DNA from: Craspedostauros australis
Lineage: Eukaryota
Direction of reading: 5' to 3'
DNA: 20,000 nucleotides
Assembly: GCA_030167865.1 (NCBI GenBank)
Contig: JALAGF010005407.1
Location: 45,962-65,961 of the forward strand
Below are positions 8,359 through 16,327 of this stretch, piece by piece. Under the pieces are notes generated by a model. The model was not told the DNA's origin. It searched no databases and saw nothing but the letters and a program-made list of their open reading frames with translations. The first letter of the stretch is position 1. Each line of letters opens with the position of its first letter. A program made the translations under genes and the position numbers.

Positions 8359-11300
8359 TCATTTCGGCATCATGGTTGGTTGTTGGGAGCCAAGGTTGCT
8401 GATGCCGCCAACCGTGCCGCTCGCACGTCGGTGCTGCATCTCAGCCGAAGTACGTCGGTGCCGCGAGTCCCGTAGCTCTCGCTCGTTTACCTTATGGATG
8501 AATGCGGCATTCTCATCCAGCAGCTTGGCCCGTCGCTCCAACGACTTTATCCGCGCCGCCTCCTTCTTGGTCTTGTACCGCAAGTACGCACCGGAAATCG
8601 TGTTGATGGATTTTTCCAACTTCTTTTGTAAGCGAATGTACTTCATTTGCTCGCGAACATCGGCTCCGCTCACCGGTGATGCCGTCGTCGCGATGCGCAT
8701 GATGCTGTGGGTGCGGTCCATGCGGTACGTCCAGACCCCGAAGGAGATGATGGCGAAGAACTGCTGCACCCTCTTTCCCATCTGATGGAACATCACGATC
8801 ATGGCGACGAATCGTTGCATCGACGCGATCCGGGTTTCGTACAGTTCCTGCGCAAAGTGCTGGCTCTTGGCGACGGAGAAGTCGACTTCCTCCTGCGCCT
8901 TGGAGGAATTCAACCTGCGGAGGTTGAAACCAAAGTACCTCTCCACGCTGGCTTCGATTTGGATGACGCCGTTCTGGTCCTTGTTGCTTGCCGGCAACAC
9001 GAGCGCCGTATCTCCGATGTTATTCTTCGTGAGGAGGTCCACCATCTGATTGTACGTGATGCGACCTATACCGTCGGTGTCGGCTTCGTGAAAGTAACCC
9101 AACAGGCGCTGCTTAGAGATTTTGATGTTCATGTGTCTTGGCAGCACCAGCAAGTCCTGTTCGGTCAGGTATCCGTTGCCTTGGCTGTCGAGCGTGTTGA
9201 AGAGCTTCTGCAACCGATCGGAGTACTTTGTCTTCTCAATCGACCGATCGATCACGAATTGGACGTCCAGGTCATGGTTGTCAGGTGCGGGTTGGTTGTT
9301 CTCGAACATCACCGAGGATTCGTGCATCGACGAAAAACGGAAGACCTGTCTCATGGATCGTAACGTCCCACCAGCCGAGTTTCCAAGAACCAGCGAAGAC
9401 CTGCGTGGCGTCTGCTGCCCGGGAGGCATGGAGGCTGAGGATCGCTGCGATGCTCGCTTGTTGGATTGACCTTCGAAGTTGCTGTAAGCGCCCAGGAAGG
9501 CAACGGCCGAACGGTTCTTCATGACGCTGGGATGGATGCTGCTGTTCAATTCGCCATCGTCGGCAGCGGATTGCGAGGAGCCATTTCGCAAGGGCCTGAA
9601 TTGTTTTCCAAATATGCTGGATTTGCGTTTGGACGTCGAATTGGATGCATCCGTCATGATACTCGTCGAACTGCGCTTGGTCTTGGAATTCATGTCGTCA
9701 TCCGATCCGGAAACACTGCGTTCGCTGTGACTGCGAACGTCAGACTCCAGCAACATCCGCTCGCACAGGAACAACGGGCGACGGCGCTTCAAGAATACGG
9801 CGGCCTTGGTCAAAGGCAGCTTGAATGGATTGTGACCGATCGTGATGCTCTCGCAGGTTCCTCCCCAGCTCTGGATGCTGCTGGCTTGGTTGACGGCCAA
9901 GCATGTAGACGCCTCCGCCGTCGACAATGCGGACAGCCTACCGTCCGGACGCCCGCAGATCACGAGCGCGCCGCGCACAACCCGATGTGTGTGACGGTGG
10001 ACCAAGTGATCGGTGGCATTGCCACTCAGGACGTTGAGACCGGCGATACTGTACGAGCAGGCGAAGATCTTGCTGAGGAAAGCCTCTGCGGATTGTGCCA
10101 CCCACGGAATGTCGCCGATCACGACGGTACGGCCGACCATGCGGTGCAAAAGATTGCGGCCTTGGAACAACCGAACCAGCGTGACGTTGATTTGGGGCAA
10201 CCAAAAGTAGATGGCAGCATCGATCAATCGGATCAGGTAAATGAAGTCGCTGGAGGCATCCAGCCCAGCTCCGAAGGCAATGGCCGACACGATCGGATAT
10301 CCAGAGACGACGGTTGCAAAGACGTAGATGAAGCTCAGGATGTAGGCACGGGCGTTCTCAAGGATATGTTCGGCCCACAAGTTGCCTGCGCTGCGGAGAA
10401 TGTCGTCGATGCCATCCTCGCCTTCCACCTTGATGCTGTTTCCGTATTCGTTGATACCGATGATGTCAGCCAAGGCCGAGATATTCAGCTGATTGCACCG
10501 CTCCAGAATTTGCAGATCTTGCTCCGTCATGGTGGCTCCCGTAATGCGTCGGTATCGTTCTTCGCTCAGAATCACCGCACTCAAGTATTCCAACAGGTTG
10601 GTGAGCAGCTGATGCGTTGCAACGACCGAGATCGAACTCGGCTCAGCCGGGCGCATCCCAACCTCAGTGGTGAAGATGCGGTGCTTTAGGGCGCTTTCGA
10701 TGTTGATCCCATATGAGCTATCCATGCCCCGAAGCTGCTTGCCGATTTGGGTGTCCCATTCGGACGTGACAACGAAGAGGTTGTCGGTGGATCCCTGCAG
10801 CAGGTTGGAGCAGTTGAGCGGAGCGAAGGTGCCACCGCTCTGGCTGACGATGATGATGATGGTATCGCTCAGATCCTGTGTCTGCGGAGCGTACGGAAAT
10901 CCAAATGCCGGGATGGCGATCTCCTGACCGAATAATCCTAGAAGTTTGTTGCTGCTCGTTGCTTGGATCTTGAGCTTGGGGAAGGCCTTTTGGAGGTCGG
11001 ATCCGAACTGCTCAGCCAACCACAGCGACACCTCGCACCCTGTCAGCAGAATATCGATGGAATCGGAGGATCGGCCTTCGAGCTTTGCCTTCAGGCGACG
11101 GCGCAAGCAGCTCGAGAGGTTGTAGGCAGCCAGCCGGTTTAGGCTCGTGCTGGCCTTGGTAGCTTTGAACTCGTCTTGGATCTTGCTGCACACCGCGGGT
11201 ATCTCGTTGATGTCTTCGAGGATGGGATCGTCGCTATCGTCCTTCAGCGGCCTGATCAGCGCATTGCGAGACAGCGACGTCATGCGATGGAACAGCTGCA

Positions 11301-13434
11301 CCAACGTGTTGGCCTGCCCAACGCTCTTGTCAAGACGGAACGTGATGAGCTTCACGTCGCCGTTCATCATTTCGTGCGCTGCCAGGTTACGGTTTGGCAA
11401 CGAAAGGAGGGCGTTGGTTGGCATTCTGGATCGTGGCGTGTTGGGAGGCACGTTGATCTCACGCTGCGCGTTTGGATCAGGCCGTGAACTCCAGTCCAGC
11501 AGCACGATCTCGCCACCGAGATCATCAAGATCAAGCCGGAGGGAATCCAAGTCGACGTCCCGTCGCGAAGCCTCGAGGTTGCGATCACCCGGTAGCTCCG
11601 TGTTGAGGCCAGATTTGACGGCAGCTTGCTCCGAGCCGAAGCAGATGAGTCCCTTCGACGGATAGAACGCAATGGACATGCTCTGTCCCTGTGCTGCAAT
11701 GCACACCTGCCTTCGAGCATCCAGCGATGACGAGATGACCAGGCCGAAGGATCCCTTAGCATTGGTGAGGAAGCTCTTGGTGGTGAAGAAGAGGTCGTTG
11801 TCGAAAAAGGCATTGACCGTCGCCCTGCAAAAGTCTGTCAGAGTGGCGATCGTGGTGAAATCGTCGCCTTTGCCAGTTTCCATGAGCGAGGTCTGCTGGT
11901 AGTGGTTGCTGTCCGCTTCGACGAATCCGAGAAGGATACTGAGCGCGGCATCATTTTCCTTGACAGCCACACACAACGTTTGTGCCAAATCGTTGCGGCC
12001 CATTGTGGTATCCAAGTTCATCATGATATCGTCATTGGTGACGTATTCTTTCAACGATGTCTCGAAGATGTCTCCCACCTGTTCGAAGAAAGCATAGTCG
12101 GGAAACACGAAGGATGGCGAATCGGTGATGGTACTGTTCGCAAGTCCCAGCGCCAGCGCGTAGCGTGCTGATAGGCCGAAGCAGCCCTGGGTACGCAGGA
12201 CGTCCACCATCCCGGCTACGGCACAGGAATCGACTGTCGATGGCATGGGAGCTCCTGTCACCTTCTGAAGCCAGGTTTGGACGACGTCCAGATCGTAGCT
12301 GACCCCGTTGACGGCGTAAAAGTCAAAGTCGCCATTGTGGGTGATGTAGTTCTCTACACGACGGTTGGTCACGGGCCCTTGTTTTGCGTAGACAGCCACC
12401 GCCTTGCTTGTGTCGTAAACACGACGGAGGGTCGGTGGGGTCCAGATGTGCGGGTGGGTGCCGTCCAAGGTGGAGATTGAGGTAGTCGCAAATCGGGTGT
12501 GCCCCGACATGATGGGAACGAAACCGGAATTGGGGAAGCGACCGGATTTACCGAGGATGTCCTTATCAACTTTGGCCCGCACCAGCTTGCTGAGGTTCGT
12601 TCGTTTCTTGTTGACCACACGGCAGCGGATACCGACGAGGTCGCTGGGTGCCTTCTGCGCATTGCTCTTGCCATTTTCGTCGGGGTAGTACGTTACGACA
12701 CCGCCGGATTGTGCACCTCGCATCATGGTGACACGCACCATGCGTTCAAGCACTTCCATGGCGGCTTCACCGTTGTTGTGCGCAAGCCAGTTGTGGTGCA
12801 GCAGGATGACGCCGAAGTTGCCACAGAACAGTGGTAGTGCTGCTTGTGCTGAGAATTCATCCGGTTCGGAGACAAGCGGGAGAAGCGGCCGGAATCCCAT
12901 CAAATCCGTTGAAATGGCTTCCATCGCCACGATCGCAGCGGAGTACACCATTGGATTGGTCATGACGATGGAATCAGCGAAGGTCATGTTGGAAGACGCA
13001 TCGCAGCACGAAGTCTTGCAGCGGCTACTGGCCTTGGATGCAGTCCGCGCAACATGAAGCAAGAGCGAGATGAATAGCATGGCGCTGATGATCCATCCCG
13101 CATGGCGACTCTCGCGCATGCCTCCTTCGCTGAGGAAGGCCGGCACGTTGACTTGGCGTTGGATGATGAAATGGAAGAGGAGATGACAAATTGATCCGCC
13201 ATTGGCTTCCACAATTCCGTTCCAGGCCGCAGACGCATCGAGACCTGAGCCTTCGGATGGGGCGTACCCCCCATCATAGTCTGTAGTCGTGGCAGCAGAT
13301 GCGATGGCCACCACGACATGCGAAGCCTCGTGCAAGGCTCCGAAGAGGAGGTACCAGCCCAGGAGCTGACGCATCGGCTTTGCCGCTGTGCTCAGTGGTG
13401 TCGACATCATCGATTTCGCCATTGGTGCTGTCAT
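8359..13434 (-). CDS. GlmS-like multidomain protein (~1691 aa): HExxH membrane N-domain, class II glutamine amidotransferase, SIS domain, TM hairpin, EF-hand pair
   Basis: GATase-II motifs CGNFG (12811-12825), MMRGAQSGG, GHTRFAT (12484-12504), THPH, THNGDFD (HNG 12331-12339), VDS. SIS motifs LLTGCEVSLW and IIVSQSGGT (10828-10845). EF-hand-like loops DSQGNGYLTEQD and DTDGIGRITYNQ. The ORF-track start is TTG; the first ATG is 13434. Confidence 0.85.
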   Translation of the reverse strand: MTAPMAKSMMSTPLSTAAKPMRQLLGWYLLFGALHEASHVVVAIASAATTTDYDGGYAPSEGSGLDASAAWNGIVEANGGSICHLLFHFIIQRQVNVPAFLSEGGMRESRHAGWIISAMLFISLLLHVARTASKASSRCKTSCCDASSNMTFADSIVMTNPMVYSAAIVAMEAISTDLMGFRPLLPLVSEPDEFSAQAALPLFCGNFGVILLHHNWLAHNNGEAAMEVLERMVRVTMMRGAQSGGVVTYYPDENGKSNAQKAPSDLVGIRCRVVNKKRTNLSKLVRAKVDKDILGKSGRFPNSGFVPIMSGHTRFATTSISTLDGTHPHIWTPPTLRRVYDTSKAVAVYAKQGPVTNRRVENYITHNGDFDFYAVNGVSYDLDVVQTWLQKVTGAPMPSTVDSCAVAGMVDVLRTQGCFGLSARYALALGLANSTITDSPSFVFPDYAFFEQVGDIFETSLKEYVTNDDIMMNLDTTMGRNDLAQTLCVAVKENDAALSILLGFVEADSNHYQQTSLMETGKGDDFTTIATLTDFCRATVNAFFDNDLFFTTKSFLTNAKGSFGLVISSSLDARRQVCIAAQGQSMSIAFYPSKGLICFGSEQAAVKSGLNTELPGDRNLEASRRDVDLDSLRLDLDDLGGEIVLLDWSSRPDPNAQREINVPPNTPRSRMPTNALLSLPNRNLAAHEMMNGDVKLITFRLDKSVGQANTLVQLFHRMTSLSRNALIRPLKDDSDDPILEDINEIPAVCSKIQDEFKATKASTSLNRLAAYNLSSCLRRRLKAKLEGRSSDSIDILLTGCEVSLWLAEQFGSDLQKAFPKLKIQATSSNKLLGLFGQEIAIPAFGFPYAPQTQDLSDTIIIIVSQSGGTFAPLNCSNLLQGSTDNLFVVTSEWDTQIGKQLRGMDSSYGINIESALKHRIFTTEVGMRPAEPSSISVVATHQLLTNLLEYLSAVILSEERYRRITGATMTEQDLQILERCNQLNISALADIIGINEYGNSIKVEGEDGIDDILRSAGNLWAEHILENARAYILSFIYVFATVVSGYPIVSAIAFGAGLDASSDFIYLIRLIDAAIYFWLPQINVTLVRLFQGRNLLHRMVGRTVVIGDIPWVAQSAEAFLSKIFACSYSIAGLNVLSGNATDHLVHRHTHRVVRGALVICGRPDGRLSALSTAEASTCLAVNQASSIQSWGGTCESITIGHNPFKLPLTKAAVFLKRRRPLFLCERMLLESDVRSHSERSVSGSDDDMNSKTKRSSTSIMTDASNSTSKRKSSIFGKQFRPLRNGSSQSAADDGELNSSIHPSVMKNRSAVAFLGAYSNFEGQSNKRASQRSSASMPPGQQTPRRSSLVLGNSAGGTLRSMRQVFRFSSMHESSVMFENNQPAPDNHDLDVQFVIDRSIEKTKYSDRLQKLFNTLDSQGNGYLTEQDLLVLPRHMNIKISKQRLLGYFHEADTDGIGRITYNQMVDLLTKNNIGDTALVLPASNKDQNGVIQIEASVERYFGFNLRRLNSSKAQEEVDFSVAKSQHFAQELYETRIASMQRFVAMIVMFHQMGKRVQQFFAIISFGVWTYRMDRTHSIMRIATTASPVSGADVREQMKYIRLQKKLEKSINTISGAYLRYKTKKEAARIKSLERRAKLLDENAAFIHKVNERELRDSRHRRTSAEMQHRRASGTVGGISNLGSQQPTMMPK

Positions 13435-13642
13435 TGGTGATGCCTTGATGGGTGGCGCTGATTGCGTATTGCTACTCGTATAGTACGAGTACAATAGAAA
13501 TGCTCACAGGCAGACGAGGTAGTGAGGTGGTGAAGAGCCTTGCCCTGAGCTGGTGATGGCTGTACGTGCATGTGCGGATTATGATGACATTGAAAGAGGT
13601 GACGAAAGGGAAGCGAGTTGGTTCAGTTTGGTTGAGGTTGCG

Positions 13643-13696
13643 TTGCATTGCATTGCATCGCCTGCTCGTGCTCGTAGTTTGGTTTGGTTTGGTTTG
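13643..13696. repeat. (TTGCA)3 and (GTTTG)4 short tandem repeats upstream of the GlmS-like gene
   Basis: ttgcattgcattgca at 13643-13657; gtttggtttggtttggtttg at ~13677-13696. Confidence 0.85.
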
Positions 13697-14291
13697 TGGC
13701 AAGTGGGGAGAGATGCGGGAGACCCAGGCGCGAAGAATGAGACAAACGAGACCAACACAGCAGAAGATGGGCAGATTTGTGTTGGCGGCAGTGTCCTCTT
13801 GCGTCACTCTTGGCTTAATTCATGGCAAAGACGCGCCTCCAGACCCGTTCCATCGGGAAAATACTTTCTCCGAACCGTCGTACGAACATACTAGTAGTCG
13901 CTGGTATTTACGACTATCACATGGCAGTAAGTTGAGAGGTAAGTTGCGCAGGAAGCTTACGTTTCAGCACTGAGAGTGAAGACGAAGTACGCATGCACGT
14001 GCGCACCAGACAACCTGCCCGTAAGTATTATGATGGCACTCCTCTAGTCGTACGATCAAACAGTCCAATCGATCTTCGGCTGTCTATTTTGGCGCATTCC
14101 CTCATCTTTCTCCCTTGTGTAAACGTAAACCCTGGACGTCTTGGGATGATTCCTCGCCCATCTTCCCTGCTGCCTTGTCAACTTCCAATTGTTGTGTAGC
14201 CCCGCATAGGTACTTGCTTGTTCCATACAACTAAACTATTCCTCCTCCGATGGAGTAAACCAGGTCAACTGCTCTGCACACATGCTCTGCT

Positions 14292-15866
14292 CTACATGTC
14301 GTTATCGATACGAACAGAATTGGAATCTCTGTTCTTCTTGCTTTGGCAATCACAAAACTCTCCAGACTCCTCCAAGGTCAATCGAGGAGTGAACGCTTCA
14401 TGCAGTCTATCGTTCTCCACATCGACAGCCTCCTCAATCAAGACGAGGGCCTTGATGTCAAAAGACCTCCGCGGAATTCCATCCGGTGGTTGGAGCGGAA
14501 GAGTTGAATGTGATCGTCCAGGATTCGGACTTGGCTGATTGGCGCTCTCTTGCGGAATTGCATACGGAATTCTCTCAAGACCTATCAGGGCCGAATGCCG
14601 AAGGTCAGACGGCATATCGGTTCGTCGATCGAACTGCTTGAAGATCAGGCATTCGTTTGATTGCATGGAAGGGAACGTGTACCATCGACTTCTTTGCATG
14701 CAAGGTCTACGGGGGAAGCAGCAGCTATTGCCAGTGCCTTCTTCTTCTTCTTCTCCCACCCATTCACGCATACCGTCAATGCTGTTGCCAATGCTGTTCC
14801 TGTCCCATCTTCTCTGTTGCGGATATCTCGTCGCCAGTATCCCCAGCGGCGACCTTGCATCATGCACAGGCACCAACGGTCGCCAAATATTCAACAGCAC
14901 AAACCGAAGATTCTCATCGCGTATTTGTTGCTGTGCTCGTTTCGGGCAAAAGTCTGGATGTAATGTTCCAAGGTTGCAACCACCATCTCCTTGGCCATCA
15001 AGATTGGTTCTCTCATGGCTGTCGCTGCTGTAGCTCACACCGACGCCGTCATCGATTGGCACCTGATTCTTGTGTACCAAGTTGAGGATCCCATCCAACC
15101 CAAACGCACCCGCATCAATGTCGATATGCACGTTCGTTGCGACGGACGCCGTCGACGGTTCGTTTTGCCGTGCGGCGCGTTGGCTTCCAATCGTCTCCTC
15201 TTCTCCGCGAATCATCGGGTGCCAAAACACAACGCTGCGTAGCCTCCGTCCACCACCTTCGGGGGCACCACCGTTCAGTGCTTGCGGAATTACGACATCC
15301 CTTAATTCCTTCAAGTACTTGTTGCCCACATCGTTCAGGTCTGTGTAATCGACAGTCGCATCGGTGCTGACATTGGAGATTCCAAAACCATTGGTTTCCA
15401 AGCTGGCTGGGTACTCGATTCGCTGTTGCGAGACCACACCCTTGTCATCAACGTCTTCGATGAAGCCTGCGCGAGCATCGTAGATCGGTTCCGACGCCTT
15501 CGCGTTCCGTGATGGGCCAAAATAGTCATGGATCCCGTAATGCGCATCAACGTATTCTGCCGCCGCAGAATAGTCCACCTGCGCCATGCCGTATGGTCGA
15601 TCCGCCGGCAGCGATGACGACGACGACACGGTCTCGCTTGCAGAATGTGAGTGTGGGTGTGATTGAGAGTGCATCGGGAGAAATCCATCTCTAGAAGGCA
15701 CACGACATTGGGACGGCCTGGTACTTCGCAGAGCCTTCCCATTCAGACGGTGGTGCTGAAAGGCTTCCACTCCACCGACCAGTGCGATGTTGCCGCGTTC
15801 GATGCGACTGCGAGAAACGGTGCCGCGGTCAGTCGCTCTCGTCCACATCGATTGACAAAGATGCAT
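14292..15866 (-). CDS. CmcJ/AsaB/NvfI (GA4-desaturase-like) family Fe(II)/2-oxoglutarate-dependent oxygenase; N-terminus uncertain
   Basis: Motifs in family order: IYDAR, SLETNGF, VHID (HxD 15120-15128), LLNIWRPL...SPLG, RWYTFPSMQSNECLIFKQFD, RHSAL (distal His 14595-14597), RRSFDIKALV (RxS). Confidence 0.8.
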   Translation of the reverse strand: MHLCQSMWTRATDRGTVSRSRIERGNIALVGGVEAFQHHRLNGKALRSTRPSQCRVPSRDGFLPMHSQSHPHSHSASETVSSSSSLPADRPYGMAQVDYSAAAEYVDAHYGIHDYFGPSRNAKASEPIYDARAGFIEDVDDKGVVSQQRIEYPASLETNGFGISNVSTDATVDYTDLNDVGNKYLKELRDVVIPQALNGGAPEGGGRRLRSVVFWHPMIRGEEETIGSQRAARQNEPSTASVATNVHIDIDAGAFGLDGILNLVHKNQVPIDDGVGVSYSSDSHERTNLDGQGDGGCNLGTLHPDFCPKRAQQQIRDENLRFVLLNIWRPLVPVHDARSPLGILATRYPQQRRWDRNSIGNSIDGMREWVGEEEEEGTGNSCCFPRRPCMQRSRWYTFPSMQSNECLIFKQFDRRTDMPSDLRHSALIGLERIPYAIPQESANQPSPNPGRSHSTLPLQPPDGIPRRSFDIKALVLIEEAVDVENDRLHEAFTPRLTLEESGEFCDCQSKKNRDSNSVRIDNDM

Positions 15867-15891
15867 GGACGCAGCAATAGCGCAGCATCTG

Positions 15892-16130
15892 TGTTATCAT
15901 GAATTAGTCCAGCTGATCGATACGACACCAAACCCGAACCAGCACGCCGCTGCGTCAGCAACGCCACGATTAGGAGCGCTCGCGACGCACGCAACATTTA
16001 GCGAACTTGACGCACAGTCAAGACCACAGTAGAATAAGCTCACAATCCCATGGGACCTTCCATGGGCCCTCTCAATGGGCACAACACAACTTTAGCACAC
16101 ACACACTCAGACGCACACTTGCCCGTAGCA
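15892..16130 (+). repeat. Putative 5' LTR (TGTTAT...GTAGCA, ~239 bp)
   Basis: Ends in CA 4 nt before the PBS. TGTTAT at 15892 is an imperfect inverted match to GTAGCA. The second LTR is not in the window, so the start is unconfirmed. Confidence 0.45.
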
Positions 16131-16134
16131 ATTA

Positions 16135-16145
16135 GGTTATGAGCC
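16135..16145 (+). promoter_or_regulatory. Primer binding site GGTTATGAGCC, complementary to the anticodon arm of initiator tRNA-Met (half-tRNA priming)
   Basis: Reverse complement GGCTCATAACC contains the CAT anticodon loop. This is the same PBS type as Drosophila copia and yeast Ty5. It lies between a CA terminus and gag. Confidence 0.85.
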
Positions 16146-16327
16146 TGGACCGCAGGCACTGCTTGTTCGTCACCCGCCGCACCACACGGTGCTAAATGCA
16201 CCATGGCGAACGCGCTCCATCACAGCGATGCCGCGTGTTGATGCGCATTGCTGACAACGACCAAAACACAAACAAAACTCTCACCGTCGCAATCATCCAA
16301 CACAAACAACAAAACAACGCAAAGCTC

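Noticed and set aside
9466..10689. 407-aa plus-strand ORF (and similar ones at 198-866, 4783-5562, 8707-9363)
   Set aside because: Antisense shadows of real genes expected from GC3-biased codon use; no recognisable motifs.
8359..13434. Calling the gene glmS/GFAT
   Set aside because: Internal Cys, altered SIS loop, TM hairpin, EF-hands and no recognisable GlmS C-terminal AKSVT motif; orthology is unsupported.
15755..15800. IALVGGVEAF as an ASAFAP-type plastid-targeting cleavage site
   Set aside because: The preceding hydrophobic stretch is too short for a signal peptide and the true N-terminus is uncertain.
15743..15997. 84-aa minus ORF (MLRASRALLIVALL...) as a signal-peptide exon of the oxygenase
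   Set aside because: The plausible GT...CTAAT...CAG intron (51 nt) does not bring it into the oxygenase frame, and its start lies within the putative LTR.
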